Origin: Thermoanaerobaculia bacterium
Lineage (GTDB): Bacteria > Acidobacteriota > Thermoanaerobaculia > Multivoradales > Multivoraceae
Assembly: GCA_963666565.1 (NCBI GenBank)
Contig: OY762911.1
Span: 640,001-704,000 of the forward strand
DNA length: 64,000 bases
Reading direction: 5' to 3'
Part shown: positions 11,719 to 22,541 of the stretch, in pieces
Layout: each line of letters opens with the position of its first letter
Numbering within the stretch: the stretch's first letter is position 1
The notes under the pieces: generated by a model
The model's database searches: none
What the model was told of the DNA's origin: nothing
What the model saw: only the letters and a program-made list of their open reading frames with translations
Made by a program: the position numbers and the translations under genes

Positions 11719-12405
11719 CTACCTCCGCCTTCGCTGGGACAGGTTGAAGCTCACGATGATCCGGTCGGCTTCCTTCCCCCTGGCCCTGGATCGATTCGGC
11801 GCCACGCTGTGGTACAGCCAAGCGGGGAAGATCAGCATCCTTCCGGCCCGGGGCCGGTAGCGCACCTTCTTCCAGCAGTCTCGCGGGCGCCTGACGCCGG
11901 GGACGTACTTGACTGACCCCATCAGGTTCTGCGTGCGCGGATCGATGAACTCGATGCGGCCGGAGTTCTTCGGCGCCTGCACGTAGTAGACGCCGCTCCA
12001 GATGCAGCCGGGATGGATATGGGTCCGGTTCATGCCGCCGGGCGGATTGACGATCGACCACATGGTGCCGATGTTCAGCCGATAGGACCGGTGATAGCCG
12101 AGTTCGCGGCACATCATCTCCGCGGCGTTGTCGACGTGCTGGACCAGTCCCGCGAACGCGGGGTCCCGGTGCAGCTTGACGTGGCTGTGCCACCCCCCGA
12201 GCTCCGGGAGGTTCGACCGGCTCACGCCGGTTTCGTCGCGCTCCCGTTCGGCGTAGATCGCTTCGATCAGGCGCGGATTCAGAAGCTCGCTATCCGTGAT
12301 CTCCAGGGAGAAGATGAGCGTCGGAAAGTAGCGGGCGACCTTCAGGAGAGCTTCGGACGAACCGGCCGCCGCGCCGCGGACCGTGGCGTCGCCGTCAGGC
12401 GGCAA
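11719..12405 (-). CDS. 2OG-Fe(II) oxygenase, TIGR02466-like
   Basis: RSN..GGWHS, HIHPGCIWSGVYY, IEFIDPR, LIFPAWLYHSV, RIIVSFN. Confidence 0.9.
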   Translation of the reverse strand: MPPDGDATVRGAAAGSSEALLKVARYFPTLIFSLEITDSELLNPRLIEAIYAERERDETGVSRSNLPELGGWHSHVKLHRDPAFAGLVQHVDNAAEMMCRELGYHRSYRLNIGTMWSIVNPPGGMNRTHIHPGCIWSGVYYVQAPKNSGRIEFIDPRTQNLMGSVKYVPGVRRPRDCWKKVRYRPRAGRMLIFPAWLYHSVAPNRSRARGKEADRIIVSFNLSQRRRR

Positions 12406-12431
12406 GTTCCGCCTTCGGCGCCCTGCGCGCC

Positions 12432-13544
12432 CTAGTCGTCATCCTCGTCGTCGTCGTCCTCGTCATCGTCCTCGCCGTCATCGTCCTCGTCCCCTTCGTC
12501 GCCCTCATCCCCTTCGTCGTCCTCGTCGCTCTCGTCGCCTTCGTCCCCCTCGTCGTTCTCATCGTCCTCGTCGCCTTCGTCGTCCTCGTCCCCTTCGTCG
12601 TCCTCGTCGTCCTCGTCGCCCTCGTCGTTCTCGTCGTCCTCGTCGCCCTCGTCGTCCTCGTCACCGTCGTCGTCGTCCTCGTCCCCTTCGTCGCCTTCGT
12701 CGTCCTCGTCCCCTTCGTCGTCCTCGTCGTCCTCGTCGCCTTCGTCGTCCTCGTCGCCCTCGTCGTCCTCGTCGTCCTCGTCGCCCTCGTCGCCCTCGTC
12801 CCCCTCATCGCCTTCGTCGCCCTCGTCGTCCTCGTCCCCTTCATCCCCCTCGTCACCGTCAGCTGCGGAGACGACATCTTCGATGTCCGTGCCGTCGATG
12901 CCCTCAAGGATGCCCTTGCTCAAAGTGCCTTCCGCATCCTCATTCGTGTTGTCGACGCCCTCAAGCTCGCTCTTTCCGGGGAGCGTGGAAGAAGACGTCA
13001 GCCCGGAACCCTCCGAGGCGGACTCGAAGTCGATGTCGAGGTCGATGCGTTCGGGGTCCATGCGTTCGAGATCGTCCAGGTCGAAACCGACGCCGTCGAA
13101 CCGGTCGATCTCACCCGACCGGTTTGCCGGGCGCGGCTCGATGCGCCGGGCATCGCCGCCCATCCGGGCAGCAACCGGGGCTTCGTCAACTCCGGCTCCC
13201 TCGGTGAAGAAGCGCCCCCGCGGCAGGTCGCGGGGGACATCGCGGTCGCCGTCGCCGCCCTCGTCAGCTCCGGCTTCCTCCATCGGGAAACGACCCCGCG
13301 GCAGGGTGCCGGGCACGTCGCCGTCGTCACCCCAGTCGCCGTCGCCGTCGCCGTCGGCGCCCTCGCTCGCGGGCGCTTTCTCAACAACGAACTTGGGCGC
13401 CGTGGGAAGCATCGGATTGCCGTCCTCGCTGCAGCCGGCGGCAACGAAACAGGCGCCGAGAAGCAGGACGAGCATCCTGGCCCAGGTTGACGTGAACACC
13501 CGGCCGGGACCGCTGGCGAAGGGCCTGAGGGTTTCGGATTTCAT
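12432..13544 (-). CDS. Lipoprotein with a very acidic (Asp/Glu/Gly) C-terminal tail; start uncertain
   Basis: Lipobox-like FVAAGC; 142-codon tail of GDE/DDE triplets. Confidence 0.7.
   Translation of the reverse strand: MKSETLRPFASGPGRVFTSTWARMLVLLLGACFVAAGCSEDGNPMLPTAPKFVVEKAPASEGADGDGDGDWGDDGDVPGTLPRGRFPMEEAGADEGGDGDRDVPRDLPRGRFFTEGAGVDEAPVAARMGGDARRIEPRPANRSGEIDRFDGVGFDLDDLERMDPERIDLDIDFESASEGSGLTSSSTLPGKSELEGVDNTNEDAEGTLSKGILEGIDGTDIEDVVSAADGDEGDEGDEDDEGDEGDEGDEGDEGDEDDEDDEGDEDDEGDEDDEDDEGDEDDEGDEGDEDDDDGDEDDEGDEDDENDEGDEDDEDDEGDEDDEGDEDDENDEGDEGDESDEDDEGDEGDEGDEDDDGEDDDEDDDDEDDD
12435..12860 (-). repeat. 9-bp-period coding tandem repeat
   Basis: TCGTCGCCC/TCGTCGTCC-type units on the + strand encoding [G/D/N/S]DE. 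Confidence 0.95.
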
Positions 13545-13611
13545 GGGCCGCTCCCACCGTCTTGTCGAGGAAAGGACGTCTAATCTTCCAAGCAGCCTAG
13601 CAGGCGGCTCG

Positions 13612-14760
13612 CTACTCCGAGCACCTGAACGCCTGCGTGTCGCTCCTGGCGAACGCGGTCGCTCCCTGCGCGTTGCCATGCCTCCAGGTCTCGCCGTCCG
13701 GGGCCGTGACGACGAGGTTGAACTCCAGAGTGGTAACGGGCGCTACGAAGACCCAGCGATGACCGTTGTGCTCGCAGCCGTCGAGGACCTTGACCAGCAC
13801 TTCGGCGTTGCCCCGATCGAAGAACCAGAGCAAGCCGGCCTGGCCCGAGGCCCAGATGCCGCTCTTCGCCTGGCCCACCTCGCCGTCTGGGGTGCGGTAG
13901 CACATGCCGACCTCGTAGCCGCCGTCGAACTGGAGCAGCGTCGTCGCCGGCGTGCAGCCGGACGCCGGAGGAGGAGGGGTTGCTTCGTGGTCCACGCTCA
14001 GGCGCAGGAAGTACGCGGTAGCCGCCGTCTCAGCGTTCCATGAGCTCCAGGGGCCTTCCGCCGAGGACCGGTAGCGCCAGAAGTTCTTCGTGCCGCCCGG
14101 TCCGTTGCGATCCTCGGCGAAGCCCTTGCCACCGGAGTTCCGCCACTGCACGCCCAGCCATACGTCGCCGCCATCGAGCCGCTGCACGGTGACGTCGCCG
14201 CGGTTGACCACGCCACAGGTCCCCCGGCCTCTCGCCAAGCCGGAAATGGTGGCCGAGTATGCGGCCAACGGACTGCCGGGCCGCCCACCGGAGTCGCGGT
14301 AGAAGGTCAGAACGAAGGAAACGTCCGCGTTGTCGTCGTCCGGTTCCCGACCGAAACACGCCGTCACCGAAGCGACCGTGCCGGCGTCGGCCAGGCGGAA
14401 CCGCTGCGCGTACTCCTGGTCATGCGCGCCGGTGATGCGAGTGAACGCCTCGGGCGTACCGTCGTCGTACCGGTACTCCGTCGAGGCGGGCGAGGCGATC
14501 CGGCTCGGGTCCGAGGCCGCCGCATCGGCCGGCCACGAGCCGGCCGCGTCAAGCAGGATCGAGTCGAGGGCCACCTTGCGGGCGGCTTCCTGGCCCAGGA
14601 CATCCCCGCCGTAGATCCGGACCGAGGTTCCCGCCAACGGAACGCCTTCCTGCTGAGCCGCGACAGGCGGCGAGCCGGTCAGGGCGATCATCAGCAGAGC
14701 CAACCGAAAGATCGGTCGGCCAGGGCAGTTGCTTCGCTTCCCGTCAACGGAGTTGGACAC
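13612..14760 (-). CDS. Secreted protein with C-terminal WFF..N.E.LVKVLDGC..NG..WVF domain
   Basis: Signal peptide (LALLMIALTGSPPVAA); beta-rich core; Pro linker; the C-terminal module is one I recall from Thermoanaerobaculia-type secreted proteins. Confidence 0.75.
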   Translation of the reverse strand: MSNSVDGKRSNCPGRPIFRLALLMIALTGSPPVAAQQEGVPLAGTSVRIYGGDVLGQEAARKVALDSILLDAAGSWPADAAASDPSRIASPASTEYRYDDGTPEAFTRITGAHDQEYAQRFRLADAGTVASVTACFGREPDDDNADVSFVLTFYRDSGGRPGSPLAAYSATISGLARGRGTCGVVNRGDVTVQRLDGGDVWLGVQWRNSGGKGFAEDRNGPGGTKNFWRYRSSAEGPWSSWNAETAATAYFLRLSVDHEATPPPPASGCTPATTLLQFDGGYEVGMCYRTPDGEVGQAKSGIWASGQAGLLWFFDRGNAEVLVKVLDGCEHNGHRWVFVAPVTTLEFNLVVTAPDGETWRHGNAQGATAFARSDTQAFRCSE

Positions 14761-15017
14761 GCTGTTTCCTCCTGTCGTTCTCCCTGGACCGCGGTCGCAT
14801 GCGCCGGTCCTTCACCGCCGCCCTGGCGAGAACGACCGCCAGCTCGGCGCCGTTCACTTCGCGCCAAGCCGCCGAAGCGGTTCGTTTCCAGGGCTGGCCG
14901 GTCGGCCGGATTGCGGATCCTGCGGTAATCGATGGTCCGAAAACCGCCGGCAGAGTAGCAGCGCCCGTCGCCGGCGCCAACCGGGCCGACGCCCCAGGAC
15001 TCCCGACAGCCTGCCGG

Positions 15018-15844
15018 TCAGCGCAACGCGCGCAACAACGAGCGGCAGCTCTCCCGGAGTCGGCGGGGATCGAGGGCCGAGACGACCGCCACCGCGTCGG
15101 CGCCGGCCTCGATGACGAGGGGCGCGCGCTCGGCATCGATGCCGCCGATCCCGATCAGCGGCTTCGAGGCGACCTCCCTGGCTTCGGCGACGCCGGCCAG
15201 GTCCACCACCGGGTCCGGGCGTTCCTTCGTCGTCGTTCCGAACACCGGGCCGATCGCCAGGGCGTCGACGGCCGGGTCGGCTTCGGCTTCCGCGGCCTGG
15301 GCCCGGCCGTGGGTCGAGCGGCCGATCCGACAAGCCGGCGGGATCGACAGGCGCGCCACGGCGGGCGGCAGATCGTCCTGGCCGAGATGGAGACCGACGC
15401 GGAGTCCGGCGCGTGGGCCGCTCGCCAGAAGCGCGGCCGCGACCGCCGCGTCGTCGTTGATCCACAGCAGGGGCGCGTCCTCGTCGGCACCGGCTGCCTC
15501 CTCACCGTCGCGGGCGCCAAACGCGTCCTCCTCGCCGCCGGAATCGGACGCTTCCTCGAACACCCTCGCCATCGCCTCGGCCAGCCGCCACAGGGCGAGA
15601 TCCGGCACGCCCTTGGCGCGAAGCTGGATCCAGCGGACGCCGCAGTCGAGCAGGGTGTGGACCGCCCCGGCCACGGCCTCCGGCGCCGAGCCGAACAGGC
15701 CCGTATCGACGATCGCGTAGAGCCGGTTTGCCGGCGGCCTGAGCAACGGCCCTCGCCGCTTCGCCGTCGAAGCGGGCCGGACGTCTTCGCCGCCCGCGGC
15801 CGAGGTCGAATCCGGGTTCGTCGCGCGCCCGCGCCGGCCGTCGC

Positions 15845-15848
<4 letters not shown>
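15018..15848 (-). CDS. thiE: Thiamine-phosphate synthase
   Basis: LYAIVD, IQLRAK, INDD, LHLGQDDLP, IGRSTH, GPVFGTTTK, IGGI; ATGA overlap with accC. Confidence 0.92.
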
Positions 15849-17197
<1,349 letters not shown>

Positions 17198-17203
17198 GAG
17201 CTG

Positions 17204-17705
<502 letters not shown>

Positions 17706-17719
<14 letters not shown>

Positions 17720-17927
17720 GGTCCGAAACCTCCCGGGCGCGGATTGTAGCCCGCGGCGGAAGCGCTCCCAGGCGTTCGAGCGCTTCGCGCGCCCGCCGGT
17801 TGTCCGGTTCCGCCGAGAGCACCCGCCGGAAGATGGCGATCGCCTCGCTCCGGTGGCCCTGATCCAGGTACAGCTCGCCGATCGTCACCGTCGGCTTCGG
17901 CGAGATCGGGGGCTCCGCGGCGGCCAC
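17706..17927 (-). CDS. Small single-TPR protein
   Basis: [31 protein letters not shown]; GTG start at 17927. Confidence 0.65.
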
Positions 17928-17938
17928 GGCCCGGCGGC

Positions 17939-18871
17939 CTACTGGCCCGTGACCTGAACGAACTTCGTCACCTCGTCCGATCCGAGCGAGTTCGTGGCCC
18001 GGAAGGCGACCGCGTAGGTCCCCGGCTCCGCGTAGGTGTGGGTCGGGTTCTGACGCGTGCTCGTGTTGCCGTCGCCGAAGTTCCACAGCCAGCTCGTCGT
18101 GCGGCCGTCCGTCGTGTCCTCGAAGGCGACCAGCAGGTTGCGGGTGCTGAAGGTGAAATCCGCCCGCGGCAGCCGCTGGATGCTGACGCTCACGTTCGTC
18201 GTGACCAGGCTGCCGCCGCCGGTGCCGACGTCGACGCCGACCTCGAAACTGTCGCCCGTCACCGTGTCGAGATCGCCCGGCGTGACGACGAGCCGGTCCG
18301 ACGCGGTACCGTCCGCGCCGGTCGAGATCAGGCCGCCGCCCGAATCGAGCGTGCCGATCTCCGTGCGGAAGTTGACCTCCGCGTTCTCGAGCGGCTGCCC
18401 CCGGTCGTCGCGCACGATCGCCAGCAGGTCCGCCTCGCCGCCCGTCTCGGGCACGCTGTTCGGCGTCGCCTGCACGGTCACCGAGCCGGCCGACAGGCCG
18501 ATCTGCACATCGACCGTCGCCGTCTCCGAACCGCCCGTGTTCGCCGACACCGTGGCGAGGCCGAACTGGCCGTTCCCCTCGAGCATCGCCAGCGCCTCGC
18601 CCCGGTCGTCCACGCCGACGCTGGACGGAATCGTCCCCAGCGTCGTCGTGAGCCGGACCAGGGTGCCCCGGCTGACCGGCGTTCCGTTCGGCCGCAGCGC
18701 CACGACCCGGATCTCCGCGCTCCCGTCCGAAGGGATGCGGTCCGGATTCGCACTGATCGTGATCAGCGTCCCCGACGGGGCCACCGGACTCGTCTTGTCG
18801 CACGCAACGAAGGCCGCCAGCAGCAGGCTGGCAGCCATGGCGGCTAACGTGAATCGGCGCCGAATCTCCAT
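17939..18871 (-). CDS. Lipoprotein with two Big_1/invasin-like Ig domains and a C-terminal PKD domain
   Basis: Lipobox FVAC; SWLWNFGDG...NPTHTY..PGTY PKD motif. Confidence 0.85.
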   Translation of the reverse strand: MEIRRRFTLAAMAASLLLAAFVACDKTSPVAPSGTLITISANPDRIPSDGSAEIRVVALRPNGTPVSRGTLVRLTTTLGTIPSSVGVDDRGEALAMLEGNGQFGLATVSANTGGSETATVDVQIGLSAGSVTVQATPNSVPETGGEADLLAIVRDDRGQPLENAEVNFRTEIGTLDSGGGLISTGADGTASDRLVVTPGDLDTVTGDSFEVGVDVGTGGGSLVTTNVSVSIQRLPRADFTFSTRNLLVAFEDTTDGRTTSWLWNFGDGNTSTRQNPTHTYAEPGTYAVAFRATNSLGSDEVTKFVQVTGQ

Positions 18872-19008
18872 CTCTCGAATCAGTATACGAACGCTGCCGA
18901 AGAAGCGTCTAGGAACCACTGCCCGCGGGTGCCGCCACCTTGGATGGAGCTGGCCGGATCGGAGCCGGCCTGACGGCCGGCAGGTCTCTTCCGCCGCCTT
19001 CGGCGGCA

Positions 19009-19087
19009 GCGGGTCAGAAGACCCGCGCACCCAGCGGCCGACTTCCGGCCGCCTTCGGCGGCAGCGGGTCAGAAGACCCGCGCACCC
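19009..19087 (-). repeat. Two REP copies, each with an accessory GCCGCC-TTC-GGCGGC hairpin
   Basis: Copies at 19009-19032 and 19064-19087. Confidence 0.9.
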
Positions 19088-19096
19088 AGTGGGCGC

Positions 19097-21331
19097 CTAC
19101 CCGGTGGCCGAAGCCGACGGCGACGCTCCCTGCCGCCGCTTCACGGCGCGCACCGGCGACAGGTTCTCCAGCGACTCCCGCAGGCGGTTCAGGTGCTTGC
19201 GGTTGCGCACGTCGACGACGACGTCGATCGCCGCCTCGCCGGCGCCGCGGCTGTGGCTCTCGATGTGGCGGATGTTGCTTCCCTGCTTCGCGATCGCCTC
19301 GGTCACCTGCGCCAGCACGCCGGGCCGGTCGCGCGTCTCGATGACCAGGCTGACCGCGAACATCGAGTCGTAGCGGCGCGCCCACTCGACCTGGATCTCG
19401 CGCTCCGGGTGGTACAGCAGGTTGCGGACGTTCGGGCAGTCGATCGAGTGGACCGAAACGCCGCGGCCGCGGGTCACGAAGCCGACGATCTCCTCGCCCG
19501 GCAGCGGGCTGCAGCAGTTCGCGAAGAAGGCCAGCATGTCGTCCTCGCCCTTGACGACCAGCTTCGCCTGATCGCGCGGCATGACCTTGCTCACGGCGCG
19601 CCGCAGGCGGCCGGGCGCCTGGTCGCCGCGGCGCAGCCGCTCCGGCGGCAGCACGGCGCGCAGCACCGGCTTGACCGACCCGCGGCCGAACCCGAGGCGG
19701 CTGAACAGTTCGTCGATGCCGGACCAGCCCTCCGCGGCCACGAAGTCCGCCATCTCCTTCGACTCGAACACCCGCTTCGGGCTGACCCGGTAGCGGCGCA
19801 GCTCGCTGGCGAGCAGCGTCCGGCCGATTTCGATCGCCCGCTTCTTCTGCTCCGCGTTGATCCAGTGCCGGATCTTGCTGCGCGCCTTCGAGGTCGCGAC
19901 GATGCTCAGCCAGTCCCGGCTCGGCTCCCGGTTCGGGTTCGTCGCGATCTCGACGATGTCGCCGTTCTTCAGTTCCGTCCGCAGCGGCATCAGCCGGCCG
20001 TTGACCCGAGCGCCGCTGCAGTGGTGGCCGAGTTCGGTATGGACCCGGTAGGCCAGGTCGAGCGGCGTCGCGCCGCGAGGGAACGAGAGCACGTCGCCCT
20101 TCGGCGTGAACACGTACACCTCGTCCGGGTACAGGTCGATCTTCAGCGCGTCCATGAAGGTGCGCGGATCGGGAGTTTCCTGCTGCCACTCCAGGAGTTG
20201 CCGCAGCCACGCGATGCCGGCGTCGTTCGCGTCCGGGTCGAACTGGCCCTCCTTGTAGCGCCAGTGGGCGGCGACTCCCTCCTCGGCCAGCAGGTCCATG
20301 GCCCGGGTCCGGATCTGGACCTCGAACGGCTGCCCCCCGCGCCCCACCACCGTCGTGTGCAGCGACTGGTAGAGGTTCGGCTTCGGCATCGCGATGTAGT
20401 CCTTGAACCGGCCCGGGATCGGGCGCCAGAGCTGGTGGACGACGCCGAGCGCGGCGTAGGTCTCCTTCAGGTCCTCGGTGATGATCCGGAAGGCCAGGAA
20501 GTCGTACAGCTCCGGGATGTCGATCTGGCGCTCGCGCAGCTTCCGGTAGATCGAGTAGTAGCCCTTCACCCGGTGGCTGATCTCGCCCTCGATGTCCGCC
20601 TTCCCCAACCCCTCGCGCAGCCGCTCGGCCACCCGCTTCATCGTCCGCCGCGCCCCCCGGATCCGCTCGTCGAGCTGCCGGCGGATGTCCTCGTACTGGT
20701 GGGGGTGAAGGTGCCGGAAGGCGAGGTCCTCGAGGGAGTGCTGTATGCGGGACATTCCCAGCCGGTGCGCCAGCGGCGCGTAGATCTCCAGCGTCTCCCG
20801 CGAGATGCGCCGCCGCTTCTCCGCCTCCAGGTGGTCCAGCGTCAGCATGTTGTGGAGCCGGTCGACCAGCTTGACGACGATCACCCGCAGGTCGCGCGCC
20901 GAGGCCAGGATCAGCTTGCGGAAGCTCTCGGCCTGGACCTCGTCGCTGTGGACGTACTCGTGGCGGCCGATCTTCGACACGCCGTCGACGAGGTCGGCTA
21001 TCTCGGCCCCGAACTCGGCCGCCAGGTCCTTCTTCGTCGCGCCGGTGTCCTCCAGCACGTCGTGCAGCAGCCCCACGGCGACGCTGGTCTGGTCGAACTT
21101 CAGTTCGGCCAGCATGTGGGCCACGCCCAGCGGGTGGCTGATGTATGGCTTGCCCGAGCGCCGCGCCTGGCCCCGGTGGGCCAGTTCGGCGAAGTCGTAG
21201 GTGCGGCGCAGCCAGCCCTCGTCGCAAGCGCGCTCGTTCTCCTGGAGGCGGCTCAGAACGTCGGCGATGCCCACGTCCCCGGGCTCGCGCAGCGGCGCCG
21301 GATCCCGAGGTCCTTCAGCAGCCTGAGCCAT
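19097..21331 (-). CDS. relA: Bifunctional (p)ppGpp synthetase/hydrolase
   Basis: GLLHDVLEDT HD motif, RFKDYIAMPKPNLYQSLHT, EVQIRT, TGS and ACT domains. Confidence 0.97.
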   Translation of the reverse strand: MAQAAEGPRDPAPLREPGDVGIADVLSRLQENERACDEGWLRRTYDFAELAHRGQARRSGKPYISHPLGVAHMLAELKFDQTSVAVGLLHDVLEDTGATKKDLAAEFGAEIADLVDGVSKIGRHEYVHSDEVQAESFRKLILASARDLRVIVVKLVDRLHNMLTLDHLEAEKRRRISRETLEIYAPLAHRLGMSRIQHSLEDLAFRHLHPHQYEDIRRQLDERIRGARRTMKRVAERLREGLGKADIEGEISHRVKGYYSIYRKLRERQIDIPELYDFLAFRIITEDLKETYAALGVVHQLWRPIPGRFKDYIAMPKPNLYQSLHTTVVGRGGQPFEVQIRTRAMDLLAEEGVAAHWRYKEGQFDPDANDAGIAWLRQLLEWQQETPDPRTFMDALKIDLYPDEVYVFTPKGDVLSFPRGATPLDLAYRVHTELGHHCSGARVNGRLMPLRTELKNGDIVEIATNPNREPSRDWLSIVATSKARSKIRHWINAEQKKRAIEIGRTLLASELRRYRVSPKRVFESKEMADFVAAEGWSGIDELFSRLGFGRGSVKPVLRAVLPPERLRRGDQAPGRLRRAVSKVMPRDQAKLVVKGEDDMLAFFANCCSPLPGEEIVGFVTRGRGVSVHSIDCPNVRNLLYHPEREIQVEWARRYDSMFAVSLVIETRDRPGVLAQVTEAIAKQGSNIRHIESHSRGAGEAAIDVVVDVRNRKHLNRLRESLENLSPVRAVKRRQGASPSASATG

Positions 21332-21352
21332 CGCCTCGTCCTGGTTCCCTCC

Positions 21353-22531
21353 CTACGCGGCGGCCGCCCTCTTCTCGCGCCGCGCCCGGCCGAACGTGGT
21401 CTCCCAGATCAGCACGATCGGGCTCGCGACGTAGATCGACGAGTAGGTGCCGACGAGGACGCCGACCAGCAGCAGGAAGGAGAACCCGCGGATGACGTCG
21501 CCGCCGAGGACGAACAGGCAACCGACCGCGACCAGCGTGGTGCCCGAGGTCAGCGCGGTGCGCGACAGCGTCTGGTTCAGGCTCCGGTTCAGCACGTCGA
21601 CCAGGGCCTCCCGCCGGTTCCGCCGCAGGTTCTCGCGCACCCGGTCGAAGACGACGACCGAGTCGTTGACCGAGTAGCCGATGACGGTCAGGAACGCCGC
21701 CACCGTCGTCAGGTTGAACTCGTAGCCCGCGAAGGCGAACAGGCCCAGGCAGACGGCGACGTCGTGGGCGAGGGCGACCAGGGCGCCGATGCCGAAGCGC
21801 AACTCGAACCGGAACCAGATGTAGGTCAGGATGCCGGCCAGCGAGAAGGCGATCGCCAGCAGGCCCTTGCGCCGCAGTTCGCCGCCGATCTGCGGCAACA
21901 CGCTGTCGCTCGACTGGACCGCGAAGTGGCCGAGGGTCGCCTCTTCCCGGATCGTCGCCAGGGCCGCCGCGCTGAGCGCTTCGCCGGGCTCGATCTCGGA
22001 CAGGTCGCGGATCATCCCTTCGGCCCGGCGCCGGGCCATGACCTCGGCCGCCGCCTCCCGGTAGTGCTCCCGGGCGCCGATGTCGTCGCCCGTCGCCCGC
22101 ATGCCGTCCGGGTCCGCGCCGAGCAGCATCGAGGCGAGCGCCTCGGTGCCCTGCCGGTTCAGGTCGAAGCCGCCGACGTCGCTGTTGTAGCGCCGCTGCA
22201 GCACCTCCTCGACCCGGGAGGCGCTGCTCCGCTCCTCCTCGTCGTCGGCGACCGGCGTCTTCAGGATGATCGAGTTGTCCCCCTCCTCGCCGAACGCCTG
22301 GATCGAGGCGTTCTCGATCCCCGCCTCCTGCAGCAGCCCGCGGAGTTCCTGGACGTCGGGCGGCTCGCCGAACTGCACGATCATCTGGGTGCCGCCGGCG
22401 AAGTCGATCCCCAGGTTCAACTGGCGGCTGAAGATGTAGCCCAGCGAGGCGATCACGACGATCGCGGACAGGGTCAGGCACACGCGCCGCGCGCGCATGA
22501 AATCGAAACTCGTGTTGCGGAAGAACTCCAT
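21353..22531 (-). CDS. secF: Protein translocase subunit SecF
   Basis: LGIDFAGG, GYSVNDSVVVFDRVRE, GTYSSIYVASP. Confidence 0.97.
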   Translation of the reverse strand: MEFFRNTSFDFMRARRVCLTLSAIVVIASLGYIFSRQLNLGIDFAGGTQMIVQFGEPPDVQELRGLLQEAGIENASIQAFGEEGDNSIILKTPVADDEEERSSASRVEEVLQRRYNSDVGGFDLNRQGTEALASMLLGADPDGMRATGDDIGAREHYREAAAEVMARRRAEGMIRDLSEIEPGEALSAAALATIREEATLGHFAVQSSDSVLPQIGGELRRKGLLAIAFSLAGILTYIWFRFELRFGIGALVALAHDVAVCLGLFAFAGYEFNLTTVAAFLTVIGYSVNDSVVVFDRVRENLRRNRREALVDVLNRSLNQTLSRTALTSGTTLVAVGCLFVLGGDVIRGFSFLLLVGVLVGTYSSIYVASPIVLIWETTFGRARREKRAAAA

Positions 22532-22541
22532 CGACGGTCCC

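Noticed and set aside
12395-12907. Thr/Arg-rich and Arg/Pro-rich ORFs over the 9-bp repeat
   Set aside because: Alternative frames of the Asp/Glu repeat; the acidic frame is the one continuous with the lipoprotein leader
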